From Flavobacteriia bacterium (GTDB lineage Bacteria; Bacteroidota; Bacteroidia; Flavobacteriales_D; Crocinitomicaceae), in assembly GCA_037143015.1 (NCBI GenBank), contig JBAWZN010000006.1, forward strand, positions 2,980-66,979: 64,000 bases of DNA, in the 5' to 3' direction. Shown here piece after piece: positions 28,776-37,492 of the stretch. Within the stretch, counting starts at the first letter, position 1, and every line of letters begins with the position of its first letter. The position numbers and the translations under genes are program-made. The notes below the pieces were generated by a model, which was not told where the DNA came from, searched no databases, and saw nothing but the letters and a program-made list of their open reading frames with translations.

Positions 28776-28965
28776 TAAAACTTTTGTTAGTTCCTAAACT
28801 AACTTAAGCGCAGAAAGTTTCGTTTCTCCGTCATTTTAATCATATTTAATACCTAATTCACTTAATATGATGCTAAAACGCGAATATTACATAAATCTAA
28901 CCGAAAAAACTTAACAGAATCTTAACCTTTCTAAAGTTTTTTTGACGGAAAATTGATGGCAAATA

Positions 28966-28994
28966 AAAAAGCCCAGACATAATTGTCAGGGCTT
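28966..28994 (-). terminator. Terminator downstream of tRNA-Cys
   Basis: AGCCCAGAC-ATAATT-GTCAGGGCT hairpin (one mismatch) flanked by an A-run and a T-run. On the minus strand it is followed by TTTTTAT. Confidence 0.6.
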
Positions 28995-29002
28995 TTTATC
29001 AG

Positions 29003-29073
29003 AGGTCTCAAGCAGATTCGAACTGCTGTAGACGGTTTTGCAGACCGGTGCCTAACCGCTCGGCCATGAGACC
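29003..29073 (-). tRNA. tRNA-Cys (GCA)
   Basis: The minus-strand sequence GGTCTCATGGCCGAGCGGTTAGGCACCGGTCTGCAAAACCGTCTACAGCAGTTCGAATCTGCTTGAGACCT folds as a cloverleaf. It has a 7-bp acceptor stem GGTCTCA/TGAGACC, T-arm AGCAG-TTCGAAT-CTGCT, anticodon loop CTGCAAA and discriminator U. CCA is not encoded. Confidence 0.85.
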
Positions 29074-29116
29074 ATCAGGGTTGCAAAAATATGAAAATTC
29101 TGTTAATTCGAGCAAA

Positions 29117-30670
29117 TTAATCCAATTTCATTATCTTTTTTGACAACAATTCATTGCCAATTTTAGCGGAAACATAGAAAATCCCGTTCGACACCTGGTT
29201 TCCTTGGTCATTGTTTCCGTCCCAATGTAAGTCTTGAATACCGTTGACATTAGTCAGTTTCCGAATCAATTCTCCAGATGAGGAGTATAGGTAAACTTGA
29301 TCATTAACACCAAGCACCTCCGGTAAGTGAATATCGCAACCTTTGTTGAATGGATTCGGGAATACTTGAATGGAACCGGACTCATTGGGTAGATACTCTT
29401 CAACACTTGCATTAACAAATTGATTTAAGTCATAGTTTTCATCACCGTTTTGATAAGGTAGGTAATGAAAGTAAACCAGAAACATTTCATCTGTTGTGTT
29501 AAATCCACTATATACGTTTTGAGGTGGATTGTTTGGGTTATTCAGATTGTTCAAGGTATTGTCGAACGTTGCTTCTCCCTTCAATTTGTATCCAGTTGGA
29601 ACTTTTTGCATGTGCTGGAAAAAATAAAAATCCTGCCACATGAAATCCCATTTAGGAACATTGATGAACGGAATGGTATCCAAGTTTTGCTTGTAAGCAT
29701 AAGCCTTAATGTTCTTTCCGATCAAATGCATATGGGGGAAAACAGAAAGGACGGAATAATTGGATGGTAGCCCTGTTCCGCTCGGGGGGAATTGTGCTGT
29801 TAAGTTTGTTTCCTGATTGGCGGGTAGTGTAAAGTTATTATCCGCTATGAGCGGTCCTGCGGAAATTTGCCGCACACCAGTTGTGCCTAAAGGATAAAAG
29901 TGAAAAATAACTTTTGTGCTATCAAACTCCCCATAACTTCCCATGGGATAATGCATAGTCAGGTAAATACTCGATCCTGGTCCAATGTCGATACCTAATT
30001 TAAGTGGATCTACCGATGGTAAGATCATTGGAGTTGCCCCTGGTGTAAATCCGGTGACTAATTTGGTGGAAGCGTTACTCGGACTCGCACAATTTCCATC
30101 GAGCGTATCCGTACTTTCTACACTTGTTGGGTCAACATAAACGAGCGCATGGTGCACGATTTCTCGGTTTCCTGGAATCACCTCTACAGCTTTAATGATT
30201 CTGTTTTGCGTCAAATTTGTTGGAATGGAAAAACACACATAGTCGTCATGCGAAAGGGCCTTACTCATATATGTTGGAATTTGAACAGTCAAATCCCCAT
30301 TTCCTAAATAGGAACTATTCGAATAAACGGGCGGAGGAGGAGTAGCGGCCGCATTTCCCTCCGGAAAACCAAGATCTAGCCACGTTAAAATGGTCAATTT
30401 CTCTGAAGCACTCAAAGAACGATTGTGTAAATATTGTTGGTAGTTATTATCCGGTGGCCATGGCGGCATTTCATTGGTGTTGATGCATTGGTATACCAGT
30501 GATGCCATTGGACTCACATCATTAAAGGTCATGAGCGAGCTTGGCGCAGCACCACCTGGATGATGGCATTTCGTACATTTATTGTAGAAAATTTGCGCGA
30601 CTTCACCACTCCATGTTTGGGCGAATGTATTGGTGCAAATGAATAAAAGTGTGAAAAATAAAATCCTCAT
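29117..30670 (-). CDS. Secreted CxxCH-motif / copper type II (PHM/DBH-like) monooxygenase-fold protein with T9SS C-terminal sorting domain
   Basis: Signal peptide, then CTKCH with a downstream EMPPWPP. PHM-like motifs follow: DDYVCFSIP...REIVHHALVY, LTMHYP, FPHMHLIGK, WDFMWQDFY, TDEMFLVYFHY. The C-terminal 80 aa (VFPNPFNKG...GIFYVSAKIGNELLSKKIMKLD) is a type-A T9SS CTD. Confidence 0.7.
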   Translation of the reverse strand: MRILFFTLLFICTNTFAQTWSGEVAQIFYNKCTKCHHPGGAAPSSLMTFNDVSPMASLVYQCINTNEMPPWPPDNNYQQYLHNRSLSASEKLTILTWLDLGFPEGNAAATPPPPVYSNSSYLGNGDLTVQIPTYMSKALSHDDYVCFSIPTNLTQNRIIKAVEVIPGNREIVHHALVYVDPTSVESTDTLDGNCASPSNASTKLVTGFTPGATPMILPSVDPLKLGIDIGPGSSIYLTMHYPMGSYGEFDSTKVIFHFYPLGTTGVRQISAGPLIADNNFTLPANQETNLTAQFPPSGTGLPSNYSVLSVFPHMHLIGKNIKAYAYKQNLDTIPFINVPKWDFMWQDFYFFQHMQKVPTGYKLKGEATFDNTLNNLNNPNNPPQNVYSGFNTTDEMFLVYFHYLPYQNGDENYDLNQFVNASVEEYLPNESGSIQVFPNPFNKGCDIHLPEVLGVNDQVYLYSSSGELIRKLTNVNGIQDLHWDGNNDQGNQVSNGIFYVSAKIGNELLSKKIMKLD

Positions 30671-30770
30671 GTGAAATCCAGTTTAGTTAAAAACCGAAAA
30701 GTGATTGAATAAATCACCTTGGTTATATCAAATATATTAAATTTAGTCGAACAAAACTTAATCCTTTCAA

Positions 30771-31652
30771 ATGAAACAACTTAGTCTCATCCTTCTCGTA
30801 ATGTCTCTTTTTCAGATACATCAACTTTTTTCTCAAGATAAACCTGCATATGTTATCTACACTGCCAATGGCAAAAAAACGACATTTGAAAAGCTTGTCG
30901 ATGCGAGTGAGAACAAGGAACTTGTCTTATTTGGTGAATTTCATGACAATCCAATTTCGCATTGGTTGCAACTGGAATTAACGAAAGAAATGTACGCGGA
31001 AGTTGGATCAAACTTACAATTGGGATTTGAAATGTTTGAGCAAGACCAACAAGAATTGTTGAGTCAATATTTGACGGGTAATTTAACGGCAAAACAGTTC
31101 AAAGATACGATGCGACTTTGGCCTAATTACGAGACGGATTATGCGCCAATCGTCGAATTTGCCAAAACCAATAAGTTGTTTTGTGTGGCATCAAATGTTC
31201 AGCGAAAATATGCTTCGCTGTTGTTTAAGAAGGGCAGAAAAGCATTAGATACCTTAAGTTGGACCATCAAAGCGCAAATGGCACCTATTGATTTCAAGGT
31301 AGACACGACGCTTTCTCAGTATCGAGAGGTTTTCACGATGGGTGGACATATGGGCGTAAATATGGGGATGAACATGGTGGAGTCGCAGGCGTTCAAGGAT
31401 GCAACGATGGCTCAATTTATTTTAGCGAATCCTGGAAGAAAAGAGGGAAGTGTTCATTTGCATTTTAACGGTGCTTTTCATTCTGATTTTCACCAAGGGA
31501 TACTTTGGTATGTGCAGCAAAAACAGCCGGATATTCGGGTCTTGACTATTTCAACTGTTACACAAGAGGATGTCCGCAAACTAGATAAAGAACACCTAGG
31601 ACGCGCAGATTTTATTATTTGCGTTCCGGAATCGATGACCCGAACACATTAA
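30771..31652 (+). CDS. ChaN-family (haem-binding, Tiki/DUF399-like) protein
   Basis: 293 aa with a signal peptide; LVLFGEFHDNPISHWLQLEL and a later GAFHSDF are typical of ChaN-like proteins. Confidence 0.6.
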   Translation: MKQLSLILLVMSLFQIHQLFSQDKPAYVIYTANGKKTTFEKLVDASENKELVLFGEFHDNPISHWLQLELTKEMYAEVGSNLQLGFEMFEQDQQELLSQYLTGNLTAKQFKDTMRLWPNYETDYAPIVEFAKTNKLFCVASNVQRKYASLLFKKGRKALDTLSWTIKAQMAPIDFKVDTTLSQYREVFTMGGHMGVNMGMNMVESQAFKDATMAQFILANPGRKEGSVHLHFNGAFHSDFHQGILWYVQQKQPDIRVLTISTVTQEDVRKLDKEHLGRADFIICVPESMTRTH

Positions 31653-32971
31653 TTCGTTTTCAGAATTGAAGTAACTTTTGAGGAGATTGTTCCTTGAATG
31701 GTTTGGGTTTCAATGTCGGCGTCGATCTCAATAAGCACATGTTCATCAATTGCTTTTCCATTGATTCGTGTGATGCTATATCCACGCTTGAGCACATGAA
31801 TCGGATCTAAAAACTGTACTTTTTCTTCTAGCCGATGAACTTTTTGTTCTTCTTTTTCCAAGAAAAAAAGCACTTGAGGTTTCAACCGCGTCTCTTGGTT
31901 TTCAATCGATTGTTGGTGTTTTGTTAATTGGCTTCTGCTTTGATGTTGTACTTGAAATTGTAGGGATAAAAAACGTTCTTTCGCATTTCTCACTCTTTTT
32001 TGAACAACTTGGATCAATCCATTTGCTTGTGCAACAAGTTTCTGATTTTTGATCGCAAGTAATCGTTCGCTTTCCAAAGATAGTTGTTTGGTCAATTGTT
32101 GAATGTCCAAATCAAATTCACGGAAAGTCAATACCAAGAACTCCGCTAATTTTGTCGGTGTAATGGCATTTCGAAAAGCGACCAATTCGGCTACTGTTAA
32201 ATTCGTGGAATGCCCAATTCCTGTCAGAACTGGAATAGGAAAGGAGGCAATAGCCTTACACAGGTCAAAATGATTGTAGCAAGTCATGCCAACTTCAGCT
32301 CCACCGCCGCGAACAATCACAACCACATCAAATTGGTCAATGGATTCTTCTATTTTTTTTAGTGCAGCACAAATGGAATTCACTGCTAAATCCCCTTGGA
32401 CGTATGCTTCGAAAAGCGAAGTTTCAAAGAAGTAATGGTAAGGATTTTCTTGTAGTACTTGGTAAAAATCAGAGAGTCCTTTACTTGAATCTCCAGAAAT
32501 GATGGCAATCCGTTTGGGTAAAAGCGGAAATTCTCTGGATTGATTGCGGTTGATGAGCTTTAAGGACTCCAACTTTTTCAATGTTTCCTCACGTTCTCGT
32601 TGCAATTCTCCGAGAGAATAGGAGGGATCGATGTCTAAAATTTGAAGGGTGAGTCCAAAAGTTGGATGATAATTGATCTTGACCAATAAAAGCAAGGTTT
32701 TCCCATCTTGTAATGGTTCCTTTACAACATTGATAAAGGCTTCGTTGATTCGTTCGAGTTGTTGTTTCCAAATTGTTCCCGTTATTTGTGCGACAATTTT
32801 CCCGTCATCTTTTTGAACGAGTTCAGGAAAAGCGTGTCCACTAGGATACCGATTCATCTTGTGCATTTCTGCTTTCACCCAATAATTGGTTGAATAGCGT
32901 TCTTCAATCGTCTTTTGGATGGACTGTACGACTTGTTTGAGCGAGAAGATTTGTTTTTCGGATTGACTCAT
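31649..32971 (-). CDS. xseA: Exodeoxyribonuclease VII large subunit
   Basis: 440 aa with an N-terminal OB-fold region (NYWVKAEM), the catalytic core VVIVRGGGA, and a long C-terminal coiled coil. Confidence 0.9.
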   Translation of the reverse strand: MSQSEKQIFSLKQVVQSIQKTIEERYSTNYWVKAEMHKMNRYPSGHAFPELVQKDDGKIVAQITGTIWKQQLERINEAFINVVKEPLQDGKTLLLLVKINYHPTFGLTLQILDIDPSYSLGELQREREETLKKLESLKLINRNQSREFPLLPKRIAIISGDSSKGLSDFYQVLQENPYHYFFETSLFEAYVQGDLAVNSICAALKKIEESIDQFDVVVIVRGGGAEVGMTCYNHFDLCKAIASFPIPVLTGIGHSTNLTVAELVAFRNAITPTKLAEFLVLTFREFDLDIQQLTKQLSLESERLLAIKNQKLVAQANGLIQVVQKRVRNAKERFLSLQFQVQHQSRSQLTKHQQSIENQETRLKPQVLFFLEKEEQKVHRLEEKVQFLDPIHVLKRGYSITRINGKAIDEHVLIEIDADIETQTIQGTISSKVTSILKTN

Positions 32972-33011
32972 GTTTAAGCTTGGAAATAAAGGTAGGAATA
33001 AATCCGGCTAT

Positions 33012-34085
33012 TTATTTCAAAGGAATGCCACGCGAGCTAACTGGACCTGTATTTTTACTTTTCTCCACGGTAATAACAAAGGTTGTTCCCACGCCAACTT
33101 GACTTTTAACTTGAATGGATTGACCGTGAGATTCGACAATGTGCTTTGCGATGGCGAGTCCGAGTCCAGAACCACCCTCATTTCTATTTCTACTTTTTTC
33201 CACACGGTAAAAGCGCTCAAATAAACGAGAGAGGTGGTGAGGCTCAATTCCGGGACCATTATCTTTAAACTCTAAAAGGAAGTGGTCGCTGATATCTAAA
33301 ACAGAAACAATGAGCGTTCCATTTTCCTTGCCGTATGAGATGGCATTTGAAATTAAGTTCGTGAACACTTGTCCTAACTTATTTCGGTCGGCTTGAACGT
33401 ATTTGGACGTGAAGGTTTTCTCAAAAAGTAACTGGTAATTTTTTTCTTTGGCGATGAGTTCAAAAGACTCGAAGGTCTCTTTCATTAATTCAATAATGTC
33501 AAAGGAACGAATTTCGAGACGCAGATTTTCCGTTTCCATTCGTGTAATTTGATCAAGGTCTTCAAGAATTCCGGTGATTCTTTCAGTTGATTTCGATGCT
33601 CGTTCCAAAAAAGCTCGATTTACATTGGGATCTTCTAGACCGCCATCAAGCAAGGTGAGTAAGTATCCTTGGATTGAGAAAACAGGGGTTTTTAATTCGT
33701 GGGCTAAATTTCCTAGAAATTCTTTTCGGAAGGCAGCTTGTTCTTTTAGTTTGGATATTTCAATGGTACTATTTTCTTTCCATTCTGCCACATTCTTTTC
33801 GGCATCTTCCATAAGGGAGTCAATCGATTTAGCGAAAGTGACATTCTCCGGTTGTTTAATCTGAATAGATCGGTAGATAAGGGAAAGTCGGTATTGTATA
33901 AATCCTTTTAATAGGAAATAAAAAACGAGGTAAGCAAAGATTCCCGATAAAACGGGTATGGCAATGATGAGGTTTTTGCTCAAGGGGAGAATGCTATTAT
34001 GAACAAGTAGTGTCATCATGAAGTTGATAAGCATAAAAGCTAAACTTCCATAAAAAATTAGTACGCTTGGTCTTGCTGTTTTCAT
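33012..34085 (-). CDS. Sensor histidine kinase (two TM helices, very short external loop)
   Basis: H-box FLGNLAHELKTPV; N/G boxes NLISNAISY, DNGPGI, GGSGLGLAI. The N-terminal two TM helices are separated by only about 10-15 residues. Confidence 0.9.
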   Translation of the reverse strand: MKTARPSVLIFYGSLAFMLINFMMTLLVHNSILPLSKNLIIAIPVLSGIFAYLVFYFLLKGFIQYRLSLIYRSIQIKQPENVTFAKSIDSLMEDAEKNVAEWKENSTIEISKLKEQAAFRKEFLGNLAHELKTPVFSIQGYLLTLLDGGLEDPNVNRAFLERASKSTERITGILEDLDQITRMETENLRLEIRSFDIIELMKETFESFELIAKEKNYQLLFEKTFTSKYVQADRNKLGQVFTNLISNAISYGKENGTLIVSVLDISDHFLLEFKDNGPGIEPHHLSRLFERFYRVEKSRNRNEGGSGLGLAIAKHIVESHGQSIQVKSQVGVGTTFVITVEKSKNTGPVSSRGIPLK

Positions 34086-34759
34086 TTATCCTTGAAGGTA
34101 TATCCGACACCTTTTATAGTGCGAATATAATCATCTCCAAGCTTTTCACGCAATTTTCTAATATGAACATCGATGGTTCTCTCTCCAACGATGGTTTCAT
34201 TACCCCAAACTACAGAAAGAATTTGATCTCTATTAAAGACCTTTCCGGGTCTGCTAGCAAGTAATTCGAGTAGTTCAAATTCCTTTTTAGGTAATGTTAA
34301 GGACTCACCGTTTACAACGACAAGAAATCTATCTCGGTCAATTTGAACAGCTGAATCTACTTGTTTTTCGGATGTTTTGGTTCTTCTGAGCAATGAATCA
34401 ATTTTACTCAACAGTAACCTTGGTCTTATTGGTTTATTGATGTAATCATCCGCTCCTGCTTCAAAGCCTGCAATTTGAGCGTAGTCCTCAGTGCGTGCGG
34501 TTAAAAAAGCAATAATGGGTTGGTTTAGATTTAAATCTTTGCGAATGATTTGACAGGTTTCAATCCCATCCATGACAGGCATCATGACATCTAACAAAAT
34601 CAGCGAAGGATTTATTTGCTGAACAATTCGTAAAGCTTCTTGTCCATTGGAAGCCACATATACTTTAAATCCCTCCTTACGGATATTATAGGAAAGGAAT
34701 TCCAGGATATCTGGTTCATCGTCAACGATTAAAATGGTATGTCCTTTCGCGTTTTCCAT
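34082..34759 (-). CDS. OmpR/PhoB-family response regulator
   Basis: Receiver domain (ILIVDDEPD, LDVMMPVMDG, TARTE) plus winged-helix output (LTLPKKEFELLELL, RTIDVHIRKLREKL). ATG at 34759 is preferred. 4-bp overlap with the kinase gene. Confidence 0.9.
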   Translation of the reverse strand: MENAKGHTILIVDDEPDILEFLSYNIRKEGFKVYVASNGQEALRIVQQINPSLILLDVMMPVMDGIETCQIIRKDLNLNQPIIAFLTARTEDYAQIAGFEAGADDYINKPIRPRLLLSKIDSLLRRTKTSEKQVDSAVQIDRDRFLVVVNGESLTLPKKEFELLELLASRPGKVFNRDQILSVVWGNETIVGERTIDVHIRKLREKLGDDYIRTIKGVGYTFKDK

Positions 34760-34809
34760 AGGGTTTAAAAAAAGGCTGCTAAACCGAAGTTTAGCAGCCA
34801 TAAGTGAGA

Positions 34810-37356
34810 CTATTTTTGAATCATCAATTTCTGATTCTCGGTGCCGTTTGCATTTGTCAAACGTACTGTGTAGAATCCTGAAGAAAGAGTTGTTACATCG
34901 AATGATACATTGTTAGCACCAATTTCAATAGATTGATTCTGCTCAATAACACGACCAGTTGCATCGATTAATTCGATTTGAATTAGGTCATTTGTGTTTT
35001 GATCAAACGCAACGTTTACTGTTTCGTTTGTTGGATTAGGGAAGATTGTCAAGTTTGAACTTGTAGCAATTTCATTTAATCCAACTGTTACATCAACTAA
35101 GAAGATTGTCGTGTCTGTACAGTTTCCGTTGATAGCAGTCAAAACAACTGTGTATGTTCCGTTCACAGCATATGCGTGAGCAGGTGTTGCAGCAGAAGAA
35201 TTTGTGAAGTCACCAAAATCCCAAGAGTAAGAAGTTGCTCCAGTAGATGTATTGGTAAATGTCGCAACATTTCCAGCTAATGTCATTGTTCCAGCAGCAG
35301 TTGGAGTTGCATTGAATGTTACTGTAATTGGAGCAGAAGCACCAACACCGTTACATGCATTTGCATTTGTTGTGACAACGTTTACGTTAGCAGTAGTTGC
35401 AGTAACGTCAATACTTTGTGTTGTTGCACCAGTTGACCATAAGTAGCTATCAGAAGTTGAAGCTGTGATTGTAACTACATCACCAGTACAAGCTTCAGTT
35501 GCTGTAGCATTGATCGTAGGAGCTGGAGCGTTAGAAACGTTCACTGTTGTAGCAGCAGAAGTTGAAGCACATCCGTTTACATCTGTTACTGTTACAGAGT
35601 AAGATCCAGAAGTTGTAACGGTAATCGTTGATGTAGTTGCTGTCGTTGACCAAACGTTTCCTGTAGTTGAACTAGAGGCCAATTCCACTGAACCACCTGT
35701 ACAGAACGTTGTTGCTCCGTTTGCCGTAATTGTTGGTATTGCAGGCAAAGCGTTTACAGTTACGGTAACCATTGTACGTGGACCTTCATAACCTAAAGCG
35801 TTTGTTTGAGACACATAGTAATTTGATGTACCTGTCGTGGTAGTTGAAGGCGTTGGAGCAGGTATACTTGTCCCACCTATTGCTGTTGTGAACCAGTTGA
35901 TTGTGCAATCTTGGTTTCCAGTTGCCGTTAATGCGGAAGCTGTTGCTCCTTGACATAGGTTAATTACTGCAGTGGTTGTGGGGGCAGGGATAGTTACTGG
36001 GTTTAATGAAGCATCAAGAAAAGAGATGTTTGACAAAGCACTTGAAGCAGTTACAGGACGGAAGTCTGGGCTCAAATACGTGTTATTCACACCGTAAGGA
36101 AGTGTTAAGATGTTTGCAGACGAAGATAATGAGTCATTATTATTTGTTCCAAACCAAGCTGCGATTGCGAACGTACTTCCCGTGTTTTTCTCAACAGAAT
36201 AATTCGTTAAATGACCCGCAACTAAGTTGTTTTTATATTTCAAAACACCATTATTTGCATTTCCTTCACATGCTGTTCCATCGATATGGATTCCACGAAG
36301 ACCATCCATGAAGATGCTATTGTAAATTTTTAATCCGGAATTGCGGCGGATACGTGCACCTCTTCTGTATCCAGAAGCAACTGTTGCTGCAGTATTTCCT
36401 CTTAATGGACCAACGTAAGTTACGTTAGAGAACATTGCAGATGTTTGAGGGCTATTTGCTGAACCGGCAGCATCGTTATCTGACTCAAATCCTTCTGATG
36501 TAGAAACTGTTGGATTATCAGCAATCAATGGATCACGAACAGATAGACAGTATTGCACCAAGCCAGAGAATCCATTATCCGTATCGAAATCATCATCTAA
36601 GTTACGGTAAGACACTAAGTGGCGACAATTAACAGTTCCACCAAACCACTCGTATGCATCATCATTTGAGAAAGAAACTTGAACGAAATCGATAGTTGTT
36701 GCACGTCCAACAGAGCCCATTGTCAACCCATTGATTTCTTTATTTGGTTGATAAACATACCCAGGGAATTCAATTCTCACATAACGAAGAATACCTGAGT
36801 TGTCATTTGCATCTGGATTAAGTCCTCCACCATATTGAGTATCAAACGTTGGCGCTAAACCCTCAATGTTTGCGATTCCTCCAGCATTGTTATTGGTTGA
36901 TTTACCCATGATAATGATACCACCCCAATCGCCCAAGGCACGTTGTCCAACAGGTTGATTTGAAGTAAATACAATTGGGTTCGTTACTGTTCCATCAGCA
37001 ATTAATTTAGAACCTTGAGTAATAAATAATCCAGATCCAGCTGTGTTTTTGTCACCCATGACAACTGTTCCCGGTTGAATAGTTAAAGTTGCTCCGTTTT
37101 TAACGTAAATTTGACCTTGTAACAAATAGACATTGTTCGAGGTCCAAGTGGTGTTTGTAGTGATGGCAGCGGTAACCGTTATGTTCGAACTTTGGTAAAC
37201 CGTATTTTGCGGGTCCCAGTTTGTCCATGTATCGGTCCATTGTGCTGTAGGAGCTGGAGCGAATGCTCCTCTGTAATTAGTCGGCTGAAAGAAGCTCTGA
37301 CCAAAAGCGATAAGACTTACACAGAAGCTTAACGCGGTAAACGTAAATTTTTTCAT
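34810..37356 (-). CDS. T9SS-sorted multidomain cell-surface protein (unassigned N-terminal domain + Ig-like repeats + PKD + CTD)
   Basis: 848 aa with a signal peptide. About 440-aa N-terminal domain (GATLTIQPGTVVMG..., GDWGGIIIMG) with no family recognised. Cys-paired Thr/Ala-rich Ig-like repeats. PKD domain (YSWDFGDFTNSS...NGTYTVVLTAINGNC). Type-A CTD (LTIFPNPTNETVNV...GFYTVRLTNANGTENQKLMIQK). Confidence 0.7.
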   Translation of the reverse strand: MKKFTFTALSFCVSLIAFGQSFFQPTNYRGAFAPAPTAQWTDTWTNWDPQNTVYQSSNITVTAAITTNTTWTSNNVYLLQGQIYVKNGATLTIQPGTVVMGDKNTAGSGLFITQGSKLIADGTVTNPIVFTSNQPVGQRALGDWGGIIIMGKSTNNNAGGIANIEGLAPTFDTQYGGGLNPDANDNSGILRYVRIEFPGYVYQPNKEINGLTMGSVGRATTIDFVQVSFSNDDAYEWFGGTVNCRHLVSYRNLDDDFDTDNGFSGLVQYCLSVRDPLIADNPTVSTSEGFESDNDAAGSANSPQTSAMFSNVTYVGPLRGNTAATVASGYRRGARIRRNSGLKIYNSIFMDGLRGIHIDGTACEGNANNGVLKYKNNLVAGHLTNYSVEKNTGSTFAIAAWFGTNNNDSLSSSANILTLPYGVNNTYLSPDFRPVTASSALSNISFLDASLNPVTIPAPTTTAVINLCQGATASALTATGNQDCTINWFTTAIGGTSIPAPTPSTTTTGTSNYYVSQTNALGYEGPRTMVTVTVNALPAIPTITANGATTFCTGGSVELASSSTTGNVWSTTATTSTITVTTSGSYSVTVTDVNGCASTSAATTVNVSNAPAPTINATATEACTGDVVTITASTSDSYLWSTGATTQSIDVTATTANVNVVTTNANACNGVGASAPITVTFNATPTAAGTMTLAGNVATFTNTSTGATSYSWDFGDFTNSSAATPAHAYAVNGTYTVVLTAINGNCTDTTIFLVDVTVGLNEIATSSNLTIFPNPTNETVNVAFDQNTNDLIQIELIDATGRVIEQNQSIEIGANNVSFDVTTLSSGFYTVRLTNANGTENQKLMIQK

Positions 37357-37492
37357 TTTTCTTAATTTTTTTTATGCAAGACAAAGTTCTGCCTTTGATT
37401 TAGACTCAATGTTAGCATAATCCTATGTTAATACTAACTAATCGTTAAGAAAATATGAATATATGAAGGTAATGAAAAGGGAATGTTAAGGA

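Noticed and set aside
28722-29116. tRNA-Cys locus as a possible genomic-island integration site
   Set aside because: There is no integrase and no duplicated tRNA 3' end, and the flanking genes (exbB block, PHM-like gene) look native. Only a terminator and promoter-like elements are present.
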